Part shown: positions 1 to 9,643 of the stretch, in pieces
Numbering within the stretch: position 1 is the stretch's first letter
Layout of the letters: each line of letters starts with the position of its first letter
DNA from: an uncultured Curvibacter sp.
GTDB lineage: Bacteria; Pseudomonadota; Gammaproteobacteria; Burkholderiales; Burkholderiaceae_C
Length of the DNA stretch: 63,210 nt
Assembly (NCBI GenBank): GCA_903902035.1
Contig: CAIUTG010000005.1
Location: forward strand, 1 to 63,210
Reading direction: 5' to 3'
Notes under the pieces: generated by a model
Told to the model about the DNA's origin: nothing
The model's input: only the letters and a program-made list of their open reading frames with translations
Databases searched by the model: none
Made by a program: the position numbers and the translations under genes

Positions 1-1080
1 GTTCAAGAAGCGGTTGAAGCTGCTCAAAAACTCGGCGGCCCCGTTTGGGTCGTCAAGGCCCAAATCCACGCCGGTGGCCGTGGCAAGGGCGGCGGCGTGA
101 AAGTGGCCAAAACCATTGACGATGTCAAACGCCTGGCCACAGAAATTTTGGGCATGCAGCTCAAAACCCACCAAACCGGCCCTGAAGGTCAAAAAGTGCG
201 TCGCCTCTACATCGAAGACGGCGCCGACATTCAAAAAGAATATTACGCTTCGGTGGTGACCGACCGTGCCTCACAAAAAGTGGCGTTCATCGCGTCCAGC
301 GAAGGCGGCATGGACATCGAAGAAGTGGCCCATTCCACGCCTGAAAAAATCATCACCGAGTTCATCGATCCGCTGACCGGTTTGGGCGAGGCCCAGGCCC
401 GCAAAATTGCCGAGTCGATCGGCATGCCCGCCGATTCGGTGGCCCAGGCCGCTGACATTTTCCAGAAGCTGTACCAGTGCTACATGGCCACGGACGCTTC
501 CTTGGTCGAAATCAACCCCCTGAACCGCGACTCCAAGGGCCAAGTGATGGCCTTGGACGCCAAGTTCAACTTTGACGCCAACGCCCTGTTCCGTCACCCC
601 GAAATCGTGGCTTACCGCGATTTGGACGAAGAAGATCCCGCTGAAGTCGAGGCTTCCAAGTTCGACCTGGCCTACATCTCGCTCGATGGCAACATCGGTT
701 GCTTGGTGAACGGCGCTGGCCTGGCCATGGCGACCATGGACACCATCAAGTTGTTTGGCGGCGAGCCTGCCAACTTCTTGGACGTGGGCGGCGGCGCAAC
801 GGCTGAAAAAGTCACCGAAGCCTTCAAGATCATGTTGGGCAACCCCAACGTCAAGGGCATTTTGGTCAACATCTTTGGCGGCATCATGAAGTGCGACACC
901 ATTGCCACGGGCGTGATCACGGCTTGCAAGGCCGTGAACCTGTCGGTGCCGCTGGTGGTGCGCATGAAGGGCACCAACGAAGAGCTGGGCAAGAAACTGC
1001 TTGCCGAGTCGGGTCTGCCCATCATTGCGGCCGACACCATGGCCGAAGCGGCCACCAAAATTGTCGCTGCCGTTAAGTAA
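1..1080 (+). CDS. sucC: Succinyl-CoA synthetase beta subunit (5' end outside window)
   Basis: Frame is open from base 1 ([33 protein letters not shown]); motifs [18 protein letters not shown] and [10 protein letters not shown]. Confidence 0.97.
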   Translation, partial: VQEAVEAAQKLGGPVWVVKAQIHAGGRGKGGGVKVAKTIDDVKRLATEILGMQLKTHQTGPEGQKVRRLYIEDGADIQKEYYASVVTDRASQKVAFIASSEGGMDIEEVAHSTPEKIITEFIDPLTGLGEAQARKIAESIGMPADSVAQAADIFQKLYQCYMATDASLVEINPLNRDSKGQVMALDAKFNFDANALFRHPEIVAYRDLDEEDPAEVEASKFDLAYISLDGNIGCLVNGAGLAMATMDTIKLFGGEPANFLDVGGGATAEKVTEAFKIMLGNPNVKGILVNIFGGIMKCDTIATGVITACKAVNLSVPLVVRMKGTNEELGKKLLAESGLPIIAADTMAEAATKIVAAVK

Positions 1081-1095
1081 GCCCGGAGAACCAAC

Positions 1096-1992
1096 ATGTC
1101 GATCTACATCAACAAAGACACCAAAGTCATCACCCAAGGCATTACCGGTAAAACGGGCCAGTTTCACACTGAAAAATGCCAGGAATACGCCAATGGCAAA
1201 AACGCTTTTGTCGCTGGCGTGAACCCCAAAAAGGCTGGCGAATCGATTTTCAACATCCCCATCTACGCTTCGGTCAAAGAAGCCGCCAGCCAAACCGGCG
1301 CCACTGTTTCGGTGATCTACGTGCCCCCCGCCGGTGCAGCAGCGGCCATCTGGGAAGCCGTTGAAGCCGATCTGGACATGGCCATCTGCATCACCGAAGG
1401 CATCCCCGTTCGCGACATGCTCGAAGTGCGCAACAAGATGAAGGCCAAAGAAGCCGCTGGTGGCAAAAAGACCTTGCTGTTGGGCCCCAACTGCCCCGGC
1501 ATCATCACACCCGATGAAATCAAAATTGGCATCATGCCCGGTCACATTCACCGCAAAGGCCGCATTGGCGTGGTCAGCCGTTCCGGCACCTTGACTTATG
1601 AAGCCGTGGCCATGTTGACCGAAGTCGGCTTGGGTCAATCGACCGCTGTGGGCATTGGTGGTGACCCCATTAATGGCTTGAAACACATCGATGTGATGAA
1701 GGCCTTCAACGACGATCCAGACACCGATGCGGTCATCATGATTGGCGAAATTGGCGGTCCAGACGAAGCCGAAGCGGCCCAATGGTGCAAAGCCAACATG
1801 AAAAAACCCATCGTCGGCTTCATTGCAGGCGTGACCGCGCCTCCTGGCAAGCGAATGGGCCACGCTGGTGCTTTGATTTCTGGCGGCGCTGACACAGCCG
1901 ACGCCAAGCTGGCTATCATGGAAGAGTGCGGTTTCATTGTGACCCGCAACCCTTCCGAATTGGGCAAATTGCTCAAAGCACAATTGAAGTAA
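1096..1992 (+). CDS. sucD: Succinyl-CoA synthetase alpha subunit
   Basis: [17 protein letters not shown], phospho-His motif KRMGHAGA; follows sucC. Confidence 0.97.
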   Translation: MSIYINKDTKVITQGITGKTGQFHTEKCQEYANGKNAFVAGVNPKKAGESIFNIPIYASVKEAASQTGATVSVIYVPPAGAAAAIWEAVEADLDMAICITEGIPVRDMLEVRNKMKAKEAAGGKKTLLLGPNCPGIITPDEIKIGIMPGHIHRKGRIGVVSRSGTLTYEAVAMLTEVGLGQSTAVGIGGDPINGLKHIDVMKAFNDDPDTDAVIMIGEIGGPDEAEAAQWCKANMKKPIVGFIAGVTAPPGKRMGHAGALISGGADTADAKLAIMEECGFIVTRNPSELGKLLKAQLK

Positions 1993-2086
1993 TCCATTTA
2001 CAGGCTAAAAAATCAGCTTTGATCTTCTGAATTTTTTCAACTCCGACTGGGAGTCAACGTTTCAAAACGCTGACTTCTGGTTTGGT

Positions 2087-2761
2087 TTGGCCAAAATCCT
2101 GGGCGTCAATTTGTTGATGTCGGGTGACAATGCGGTCTTGATCGCCTTGGCTGCCCGTGGCCTGCCCGAAGCAGAACGTCAAAAAGCCGTTTGGCTGGGT
2201 GCGGCTTTTGCCGTCATTTTGCGCATCGCACTGACCTTTGTTGCCGTTGAGCTGCTCAGCCTGCCTTATGTTCAAATTCTGGGCGGTTTGGCCTTGTTAT
2301 GGATTGGCGTTCAACTCATGAATGAGGAAAGCGACCCGCTTGACGAGACCCAAACCGCTCAAAGCACCTGGTCCGCTGTTCGCACCATCTTCATCGCCGA
2401 CTTGGTGATGAGTCTGGACAATGTGATTGCCGTTGCCGCCGCCGCCAAAGGCAGCACCTTGCTGTTGATTTTCGGTCTGGCCACCAGCGTGCCGGTGGTC
2501 ATTCTGGGCAGCAATCTGATGATCAACATCATGGGCCGTTACCCCATTATCGTGACCTTGGGCGCCGGTCTGATTGGTTGGGTGGGGGGTGAAACCATTG
2601 CCACCGATGCCTCTTTGAGCCCGCTCATGGCCCAATGGCAAGCCCATCTGCCCAATGCCTTGCCCGTTCCCATCTTGGCGGCTGCCATCGGTGCTGTGCT
2701 GGTCATGGTTTTGGGCAAAACCAATTTCTTTAAAACCAACGAATCCAAAATACCGCTATGA
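2087..2761 (+). CDS. TerC/YjbE-family integral membrane protein (start uncertain; homology appears to extend to about 2057)
   Basis: LMSGDNAVLIALAAR and ADLVMSLDNVIAVAAAA motifs; hydrophobic. Confidence 0.88.
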   Translation: MAKILGVNLLMSGDNAVLIALAARGLPEAERQKAVWLGAAFAVILRIALTFVAVELLSLPYVQILGGLALLWIGVQLMNEESDPLDETQTAQSTWSAVRTIFIADLVMSLDNVIAVAAAAKGSTLLLIFGLATSVPVVILGSNLMINIMGRYPIIVTLGAGLIGWVGGETIATDASLSPLMAQWQAHLPNALPVPILAAAIGAVLVMVLGKTNFFKTNESKIPL

Positions 2762-2895
2762 AAACGACAAAGCACCCAACCCCCACGCAGAAAACCGATT
2801 TGGGTTTGACCTTGATCCAATTGATGATTGTGATCGCTGCCATCGGCATCGTCGGCAGCATGGCTTTTAGGGCCTTGAACCAACACGGGTTCTAA
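2758..2895 (+). CDS. 45-aa type IV prepilin-like peptide (mini-pilin or pilin remnant)
   Basis: Hand translation MKTTKHPTPTQKTDLG|LTLIQLMIVIAAIGIVGSMAFRALNQHGF*; resembles the class III signal G|FTLIELMIV; ATGA overlap with the terC stop. Confidence 0.65.
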   Translation: MKTTKHPTPTQKTDLGLTLIQLMIVIAAIGIVGSMAFRALNQHGF

Positions 2896-2902
2896 AACCA
2901 AG

Positions 2903-2919
2903 GGGTAGCTAGCCTACCC
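2903..2919 (-). terminator. Possible terminator hairpin between the converging mini-pilin and infA
   Basis: GGGTAG-CTAGC-CTACCC; TTGGTTTT follows on the minus strand. Confidence 0.35.
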
Positions 2920-2932
2920 TCCATCAAACGCC

Positions 2933-3199
2933 TTAGCGGGGCGTTTGAGGCCTTCTTGGGGGGGCTGAAGGTGCCCGACCTTCAATGTGCCGGAATTTGA
3001 TGCGGCCTTTGCTCAAATCGTAGGGAGAGAGCTCCAAGGACACCTTGTCACCCGCCAGGATGCGGATGTGGTTTTTGCGCATTTTGCCAGCGGAGTAGGC
3101 AATCAATTGGTGGCCGTTTTCCAGCGTCACGCGAAAACGGGTATCGGGCAATACCTCGTTGACGACCCCCATCATTTCAATCAATTCTTCTTTCGCCAT
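2933..3199 (-). CDS. infA: Translation initiation factor IF-1 (stand-alone copy with a basic C-terminal tail)
   Basis: MAKEELIEM...FRVTLENGH...[32 protein letters not shown]. Confidence 0.95.
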   Translation of the reverse strand: MAKEELIEMMGVVNEVLPDTRFRVTLENGHQLIAYSAGKMRKNHIRILAGDKVSLELSPYDLSKGRIKFRHIEGRAPSAPPRRPQTPR

Positions 3200-3224
3200 A
3201 GCCCCTCAATGTACCACAATCGAC

Positions 3225-3460
3225 TTTTTCTTTCTTATCTCTTTGTATTCATTAATTAAAAATAGTAGTCATAGTAAGGGCAACCCTGTTGCGTGGAAAA
3301 GCCATGTATCTTATTTAAGATCAATGACTTATAGAAAAAATAGGTCTGTGGTTTAAGGGCCATTGGTGTGGCGGGCGATTGTGCACAACTTCCCGTTTTA
3401 TGCCAGGCCTGTGGATAACACGAGGCTTGTTCAAAAGATGTGCACAGGCTTATGCCAGGC
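3225..3460. other. Putative chromosomal replication origin (oriC)
   Basis: AT-rich tract 3225-3262; TAGTAGTCATAGTAA trio-like run 3263-3277; GC spacer; degenerate DnaA box CGTGGAAAA 3292-3300; IHF-like GATCAATGACTTA 3319-3331; boxes TGTGGTTTA 3347-3355, TGTGCACAA 3380-3388, perfect TGTGGATAA 3410-3418, ATGTGCACA 3438-3446; parS sites and mnmG/parAB nearby. Confidence 0.8.
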
Positions 3461-4682
3461 TGGCAATGAGCACAGCATTGGTCCCGCCAAAAGCAAAGGA
3501 ATTGGACATCACGTGGCGTCCTTGTTGAAGTGATCGGGCACTGCCTCGTATCAAATCAATCTGGAAATTGCGGTCCACCGCTTGCACATGGGCTGTGGCG
3601 GGCAGCTGTTGCGTTTGGAGGGCCTTCAAAGCAATGATCAGTTCGACCACCCCACCAGCCCCAATCAAATGGCCGTGAACGGCCTTGGTGGCACTCACAG
3701 GCACACCATAGGGGCCGAATACCTCTGCCAAAGAAGCGGCTTCTGCTGCGTCTCCGCTTTGTGTGCCGGTGCCATGCGCATTCACATAAGCAATGTCTTT
3801 GGCATTCAACTGTGCATTTTTGAGCGCATTTTTCATGGCTTTCACTTGTCCTGCGGGATCAGGGTGCGTGATGTGCTGGCTGTCGCAATTGGTGGCATAC
3901 CCCGTCATGTACAGAGAGTGATCGTGGGCTCTTTTTTGAGCATGTTCAACAGATTCCAAGACCAGTGCTCCGGCGCCCTCACCCATGGCAAAGCCGTGAC
4001 GATCTTCAGCAAAAGGTCGACAAACCTGGTGCGCCTGGGTCAGGTCATGTGACAGGGGGGCCAAGACCCGCATGGCCTGCCAACTGGACAAAATGCCGGG
4101 CATGAGCATGGATTCATGCCCCCCAACAATCGCCACGTCCAACCAACCCCCTTGAATGGCGCGCATGGCTTCACCAATGGCCACAGCGGAAGACGCGCAA
4201 GCACAGGCATAAGCCAAGGCGTGTCCTTTGACCTTCAGTGCCAAAGCGATCTCTGCGACAGCGGCGTTGGGCATGGTGGTCAGGACACTGGTGGGCCGCA
4301 GTCTTTGATGGTCGTTATAAATCTGTCGACAAATGGTTTCAAAACTGTGTGCGCCCGACATGCCACTGCCCCAAAACAGACCCGTTCGGTCGGGGTCGAG
4401 TTGGTCCATGTCCAGGCCGCTGTTTTGAAAAGCCTGTTTGGCAGCTGCCAGCGCCATGGCCGTGCCCCGATCAGGGGTAATTTTGGAGGGTGTTTTGATG
4501 GCCTTGTCGTCAAAGTCGCAGCTGGCCACCGGGACGGTGGCCGGGTCCAAGCCACTTAAATTGATTTCAAATGGATGAATGGCGGATTGACTTCTCAGGC
4601 AGCCATCAAACAAGGCTTCTGCTGAATGGCCCAAGGGGCTGATGACCCCCATACCGGCAATGCCAACTTGCCGCGAGTTCAT
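3450..4682 (-). CDS. Beta-ketoacyl-ACP synthase (FabF/KAS II-like)
   Basis: Catalytic Cys (ACACASS), HGTGT, GHLIGAGG, NSFAFGGTNAVL. Confidence 0.93.
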   Translation of the reverse strand: MNSRQVGIAGMGVISPLGHSAEALFDGCLRSQSAIHPFEINLSGLDPATVPVASCDFDDKAIKTPSKITPDRGTAMALAAAKQAFQNSGLDMDQLDPDRTGLFWGSGMSGAHSFETICRQIYNDHQRLRPTSVLTTMPNAAVAEIALALKVKGHALAYACACASSAVAIGEAMRAIQGGWLDVAIVGGHESMLMPGILSSWQAMRVLAPLSHDLTQAHQVCRPFAEDRHGFAMGEGAGALVLESVEHAQKRAHDHSLYMTGYATNCDSQHITHPDPAGQVKAMKNALKNAQLNAKDIAYVNAHGTGTQSGDAAEAASLAEVFGPYGVPVSATKAVHGHLIGAGGVVELIIALKALQTQQLPATAHVQAVDRNFQIDLIRGSARSLQQGRHVMSNSFAFGGTNAVLIASLA

Positions 4683-4939
4683 GTGGGGTTTTTGGGCAAG
4701 GCTTCTTGGACAATGCTGCTCAGTTGTTGCAGGCTGATTCCGCTTTGGGTGGGGTCGAGTTTGTCTTCGGGAATGCGCAAATTGAACGCATCTTCCAGAG
4801 CGAAAACAAACTCCATCAAACCCAACGAGTCCAATCCAAGGTCTTCCAGCAATGCGTCTTCCTTGACTTGTTCCGGGGCTACCTCAAATTTTTTGATCAA
4901 CAGATCAGCAATGGTTTCGAAGACAGGCACTGGCGTCAT
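4679..4939 (-). CDS. Acyl carrier protein
   Basis: Acidic 86 aa with LGLDSL phosphopantetheine site; 4-bp overlaps with both neighbours. Confidence 0.92.
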   Translation of the reverse strand: MTPVPVFETIADLLIKKFEVAPEQVKEDALLEDLGLDSLGLMEFVFALEDAFNLRIPEDKLDPTQSGISLQQLSSIVQEALPKNPT

Positions 4940-5760
4940 GGGGTCGTGTTGACTGTGTTTTTACGAGTCAAGGTTTTTAAAAAATTCAAGGTTTCTTCGA
5001 TCACTCGTTGTCTATCGTTGTCAATGCTGATCATGTGATAGCTGTTGTCCAATGTGACAGTTTGAAGATGCGTTTGGCTTAATGATAAACCAGAAGCCAG
5101 TATTGTTAAATTTTGTGTACTTGCCACTTCGTCTTCTTGCGCGTGCAAGGCCAAAATTTCTGGGCAACTGACTTTCGATAGGTTTTTCTTGACATAACGA
5201 TTCAGTCTGTCGTTCTCTTTGAGATGCGAAAGGCTCAGGTTGGCCACCCCAGCGCGTGAAATTTTGCGTTGTTCCAGCTCGCGTGCAATCCATTGCCGAA
5301 TGCGCTCATTTTTAACCCCATAAGGCGGTTTTTCCCGATAACGCCAGAAAACACCCAAGGGGGTGTAGAGCGCCAAGGGCAGTAAAAAATGCCAAAAGGG
5401 AATGGACCACCCATCTTGCACCAATGAAGTGGACATCAAAACCAAACCATCGCAATTCGGTGTGTCTTCGATGGCGCTGGCCAAGGACAAAGCCGCACCA
5501 GTAGAAATGCCCATCAAAAAAACCTTTTCAAACCCTTCTTTTTTTAAGGCTTGAAGTTTGCTTTTGACGGCCTGCACCCATTCCTCAAAAGGTGGGCTTT
5601 TGGGTTTTTTTTCTGCTGCATCAAAGGTGTAGCCTTTGATCTCAAATGAAATCACGGTCGCGCCTTGTCGGCGAAGGGGGTTCTTTAAGCTCAGTAATTC
5701 ATCGGGTGTGCTGTACAAACCATGCAACAAAACAACCGCACATTTTTCTAGTGGCAACAA
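4936..5760 (-). CDS. Alpha/beta hydrolase (carboxylesterase/thioesterase-like)
   Basis: LLHGL oxyanion motif, nucleophile elbow GISTG, Asp (EDEVAS), His (NSYHMIS). Confidence 0.88.
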   Translation of the reverse strand: MLPLEKCAVVLLHGLYSTPDELLSLKNPLRRQGATVISFEIKGYTFDAAEKKPKSPPFEEWVQAVKSKLQALKKEGFEKVFLMGISTGAALSLASAIEDTPNCDGLVLMSTSLVQDGWSIPFWHFLLPLALYTPLGVFWRYREKPPYGVKNERIRQWIARELEQRKISRAGVANLSLSHLKENDRLNRYVKKNLSKVSCPEILALHAQEDEVASTQNLTILASGLSLSQTHLQTVTLDNSYHMISIDNDRQRVIEETLNFLKTLTRKNTVNTTP

Positions 5761-5793
5761 AGGAAAGAAGCATTCGTGGGAGAACCTTCGATT

Positions 5794-6099
5794 TTACTTT
5801 GTCATCGCGATAGATGGTTGAGTATTCAGTTCCAACACAGCCAACCAGCCCAAGGCGTCGGTTCGATCCTGACCACACATTTCGGTTGAGGGTTGCAGGC
5901 CCACGCAAAAGCTTGGTCTTTCCGGTTTGCCAAACAACAGGCACTCATGATGGGGCCCCAATTGAACACAGCGAACGCCTGCAGGTTTTCCCTGGGGCAT
6001 GCCAGGAATAGGGCTGTTGATGGAAGGGGCAATGCAGCAAGCGCCGCAATCGGATCGGCAGGACGGGGTTTCACGTGAAACAGGAACAGGGGCAAACAT
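5794..6099 (-). CDS. YkgJ-family cysteine-cluster (Zn/Fe-chelating) protein
   Basis: CRSDCGACCIAPSINSPIPGMPQGKPAGVRCVQL...C...RPSFC; ATG 6099 chosen to avoid overlap with mnmG. Confidence 0.85.
   Translation of the reverse strand: MFAPVPVSRETPSCRSDCGACCIAPSINSPIPGMPQGKPAGVRCVQLGPHHECLLFGKPERPSFCVGLQPSTEMCGQDRTDALGWLAVLELNTQPSIAMTK
6067..6082. promoter_or_regulatory. parS site
   Basis: GGTTTCACGTGAAACA; matches the chromosomal parS palindrome. Confidence 0.9.
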
Positions 6100-6131
6100 G
6101 CCTGCATTGTGCACGTCGTTAAAATTCACAG

Positions 6132-8099
6132 ATGCTGTATCCAAAAGAATTTGATGTCATTGTGGTGGGCGGTGGTCATGCCGGGACCGAAGCCGCCCTG
6201 GCCGCGGCCCGCATGGGTTGCGAAACCTTGTTGCTCACCCACAATATTGAGACCCTCGGCCAAATGAGTTGCAACCCGTCGATTGGCGGCATTGGCAAAG
6301 GCCATTTGGTCAAGGAAGTGGACGCTTTGGGCGGGGCCATGGCTTTGGCCACCGATGAGGCGGGCATTCAATTTCGCATCTTGAACAGTTCAAAAGGGCC
6401 TGCCGTGCGTGCCACCCGCGCCCAGGCCGACCGAATTTTGTACAAGGCCGCGATTCGCTATCGCCTGGAAAACCAGCCAAACCTTTATTTGTTCCAGCAA
6501 GCGGTGGATGACTTGATGCTGGAAGGTGAGCGCGTGGTGGGCGCTGTGACTAAGGTGGGCATTCAATTTCGAGCGCGTGCCGTGGTGCTGACCGCCGGGA
6601 CTTTTCTGGATGGGAAGATCCATGTGGGTCTGCAAAACTACGCGGCCGGGCGAGCAGGGGATCCACCCGCCGTCAGTTTGTCTGCGCGGCTGAAAGAAAT
6701 GCGCTTGCCCCAGGGCCGTTTAAAAACCGGAACCCCGCCTCGAATCGATGGCCGCAGCATCGATTTTTCGAAGTGCACCGAACAAGCCGGTGACGGCATG
6801 CCAGGCGGCCTGCCCGGGCCGGTGCCGGTTTTCAGCTTCATGGGCCAGACGCACAAGCACCCCCAACAAGTCTCCTGCTGGATCACCCACACCAATGCCA
6901 AAACCCATGACATCATTCGCAGCGGCTTTGACAGAAGCCCGATGTTCACCGGAAAAATTGAAGGGGTAGGGCCACGGTATTGCCCCAGCGTGGAAGACAA
7001 AATCAACCGCTTTGCAGACAAAGACAGCCACCAAATTTTTCTGGAGCCAGAGGGTTTGACGACCCATGAGTATTACCCCAATGGGATCAGCACCAGTTTG
7101 CCTTTCGACATTCAATATGCGTTGGTGCGCAGCATGCCCGGTCTGGAAAACGCCCATATTTTGCGACCTGGCTATGCCATTGAATACGATTATTTTGATC
7201 CCCGTTCCCTCAAGTCAAACTTTGAAACGCGGCAAATCCAGGGCCTGTTTTTTGCTGGTCAAATCAATGGCACGACCGGCTATGAAGAGGCCGCAGCCCA
7301 AGGCTTGTTTGCCGGCATCAACGCGGCGCTGCGTTGCCGGGAGGAGGCCCCGTGGTTGCCTCGTCGGGATCAGGCGTACCTGGGTGTGTTGGTGGACGAC
7401 TTGATTTCGCAGGGGGTGACCGAGCCCTACCGCATGTTTACCAGCCGGGCCGAGTTCAGGTTGCAGCTGCGCGAAGACAATGCCGACGCGCGCTTGACCG
7501 AAGAGGGCCGTCGCCTGGGTTTGGTGGACGACGCCCGGTGGGAGGCGTTTTGCCGCAAGCAAGAGGCTGTTTCACGTGAAACAGAAAGGCTGCGGTCTAT
7601 TTGGGTCAATCCCAATTCCTTGTCGGCGGCGGAGGCCCAACGGGTGTTGGGCAAGCCCATTGAGCGGGAATACAACCTGGCCGATTTGTTGCGTCGCCCC
7701 GGGATCAGCTATGCGGGCTTGATGTCTTTGGAGGCAGGGCGTTACCAGCCTGACGCAGAGATGCAAGCTGCCTTGGTGCCTGAGGTGCTTGAGCAAATCG
7801 ATATCGTGGCCAAGTATTCAGGCTACATCCATCGACAACAGGAAGAAGTGGAGCGAGCCGCCCATTTTGAAAACCTCAAATTGCCGCAAGACTTTGACTA
7901 TGGACAGGTCAGCGCCTTGTCGATTGAGGTTCGGCAGAAATTGAATCGTCACAAGCCCGAAACCTTGGGCATGGCTTCGCGCATTTCGGGGGTGACCCCG
8001 GCCGCCATTTCATTGCTGATGATCCATTTGAAAAAACGGGGTTTCAAGGGGCTGGTCCGTGTTGACCCACCCGCCAAACCCCAGGAGCACGGCGCATGA
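6132..8099 (+). CDS. mnmG: tRNA uridine 5-carboxymethylaminomethyl modification enzyme MnmG (GidA)
   Basis: [54 protein letters not shown]. Confidence 0.98.
   Translation: MLYPKEFDVIVVGGGHAGTEAALAAARMGCETLLLTHNIETLGQMSCNPSIGGIGKGHLVKEVDALGGAMALATDEAGIQFRILNSSKGPAVRATRAQADRILYKAAIRYRLENQPNLYLFQQAVDDLMLEGERVVGAVTKVGIQFRARAVVLTAGTFLDGKIHVGLQNYAAGRAGDPPAVSLSARLKEMRLPQGRLKTGTPPRIDGRSIDFSKCTEQAGDGMPGGLPGPVPVFSFMGQTHKHPQQVSCWITHTNAKTHDIIRSGFDRSPMFTGKIEGVGPRYCPSVEDKINRFADKDSHQIFLEPEGLTTHEYYPNGISTSLPFDIQYALVRSMPGLENAHILRPGYAIEYDYFDPRSLKSNFETRQIQGLFFAGQINGTTGYEEAAAQGLFAGINAALRCREEAPWLPRRDQAYLGVLVDDLISQGVTEPYRMFTSRAEFRLQLREDNADARLTEEGRRLGLVDDARWEAFCRKQEAVSRETERLRSIWVNPNSLSAAEAQRVLGKPIEREYNLADLLRRPGISYAGLMSLEAGRYQPDAEMQAALVPEVLEQIDIVAKYSGYIHRQQEEVERAAHFENLKLPQDFDYGQVSALSIEVRQKLNRHKPETLGMASRISGVTPAAISLLMIHLKKRGFKGLVRVDPPAKPQEHGA
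7567..7584. promoter_or_regulatory. parS site inside mnmG
   Basis: Perfect 18-bp palindrome CTGTTTCACGTGAAACAG. Confidence 0.92.
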
Positions 8100-8812
8100 A
8101 CAAGGTGGCCGTGGACCCGGTTCTGTCGCACGGTTTGCAGCAGCTGGGCTTGAGCCTGTCGGCCGCACAAACCGGACAATTAATGGCCTATTTGGACTTG
8201 TTGCAAAAATGGGGCAAGGTCTACAACCTGACCGCTGTGCGTGAGCCTGGGGAAATGCTGACGCATCACCTGCTCGACAGTTTGGCGGTGGTGCCTGCCT
8301 TGCAGCGCCATCTGGTTGAGTGGAAAGAGCGGCAAGACCGGCAGATGTGCCAGGGGGGGTTGGCCCGGCCCTTCAAGGTCATGGATGTGGGCTCGGGGGC
8401 TGGCTTGCCGGGGGTGGTGCTGGCGGTGACCTTGCCAGAGATTCAGGTGGTTTGCGTGGACGCGGTGGCTAAAAAAACGGCCTTTATTCAACAGGCGGCG
8501 TTGGCCCTGAAGTTGACCAACCTGAAAGCCCGGCATGCGCGGGTGGAAACCTTGACCGACCCATTTGAGGTGGTCACCAGCCGAGCCTTTGCCAGCTTGA
8601 CCGATTTCACCCAATGGACCCGGCAGGCCTTGGCGCCTGAGGGGGTGTGGATGGCCATGAAAGGCAAGCGCCCGGACGATGAACTAGCCGCGTTGGACCC
8701 GCAGCAGACGGCCGTGTTTCACGTGGAACCGTTGACCGTACCGGGCCTGGACGCCGAGCGTTGTTTGGTTTGGTTAAAGCCAAAAGCCGGGCCGCAAGTG
8801 GCCATCACGTAA
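8096..8812 (+). CDS. rsmG: 16S rRNA m7G527 methyltransferase RsmG (GidB)
   Basis: [31 protein letters not shown]; follows mnmG. Confidence 0.96.
   Translation: MNKVAVDPVLSHGLQQLGLSLSAAQTGQLMAYLDLLQKWGKVYNLTAVREPGEMLTHHLLDSLAVVPALQRHLVEWKERQDRQMCQGGLARPFKVMDVGSGAGLPGVVLAVTLPEIQVVCVDAVAKKTAFIQQAALALKLTNLKARHARVETLTDPFEVVTSRAFASLTDFTQWTRQALAPEGVWMAMKGKRPDDELAALDPQQTAVFHVEPLTVPGLDAERCLVWLKPKAGPQVAIT
8715..8730. promoter_or_regulatory. parS site inside rsmG (near-consensus)
   Basis: TGTTTCACGTGGAACC. Confidence 0.82.
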
Positions 8813-8856
8813 ACTCCTGTCTTTGTCTTTGCTTGGGTAAACCCCTTTCGCTGTTT

Positions 8857-9633
8857 ATGGCCCATATTTTTTGCATTGCCAACCAAAAGGGCGGGGTCGG
8901 CAAAACCACGACCACCGTCAATTTATCCGCCGGTTTGGCAAAAATTGGCCAACGCGTTTTGATGATTGATTTGGACCCCCAAGGCAATGCCACCATGGGT
9001 TCGGGCATCGATAAACGGGCCATGACGCTCAATGTTTATGATGTTTTGCTGGAGTCGGCCAGTGTGGCCGAAGCCCGGGTTCGGGCCGAGGCCTGCGCCT
9101 ACGATGTGTTGGGCGCCAACCGCGAACTGGCTGGCGCAGAGGTGGAGCTGGTGTCGGTCGAGCGGCGCGAAAAGCGCCTGAAAACGGCATTGGCCCCGGT
9201 CCTGGATGAATACGATTTCATCCTCATCGACTGCCCGCCGTCGTTGTCCATGCTGACCCTCAACGGCCTTTGCAGCGCGCACGGGGTGATCGTGCCCATG
9301 CAGTGCGAATACTTTGCGCTGGAGGGCCTGACCGACCTGGTCAATACCATCAAGCAAGTCCATGCCAATATGAACCCGGCCTTGCAGATCATTGGCTTGT
9401 TGCGGGTCATGTTTGACCCGCGCGTCACGTTGCAGCAACAGGTCAGCGCCCAGCTCAAGACCCATTTTGGCGACAAGGTGTTCAATACCGTGATTCCACG
9501 CAATGTTCGTTTGGCAGAGGCCCCCAGCTATGGCTTGCCCGGCGTGGTGTTTGACCCCGCTGCCAAAGGCAGCCAAGCCTTTGTCGAGTTTGCCGCCGAA
9601 ATGGTGGCGCGCCTCAAAACCCTTCATCAGTAA
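8857..9633 (+). CDS. parA: Chromosome partitioning ATPase ParA
   Basis: IANQKGGVGKTTT, IDLDPQGNAT, DCPPSL, IPRNVRLAEAPS. Confidence 0.97.
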   Translation: MAHIFCIANQKGGVGKTTTTVNLSAGLAKIGQRVLMIDLDPQGNATMGSGIDKRAMTLNVYDVLLESASVAEARVRAEACAYDVLGANRELAGAEVELVSVERREKRLKTALAPVLDEYDFILIDCPPSLSMLTLNGLCSAHGVIVPMQCEYFALEGLTDLVNTIKQVHANMNPALQIIGLLRVMFDPRVTLQQQVSAQLKTHFGDKVFNTVIPRNVRLAEAPSYGLPGVVFDPAAKGSQAFVEFAAEMVARLKTLHQ

Positions 9634-9643
9634 AGCGAAGAAA

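Noticed and set aside
271-1983. 570-aa minus-strand ORF, and similar long antisense ORFs (20843-22699, 22727-24862, 26490-27962, 44588-45997)
   Set aside because: Shadow ORFs opposite well-supported genes in GC-rich DNA; no recognisable motifs
1993-2086. Possible yybP-ykoY (Mn) riboswitch before the TerC-family gene
   Set aside because: I could not find the conserved aptamer elements in this short gap
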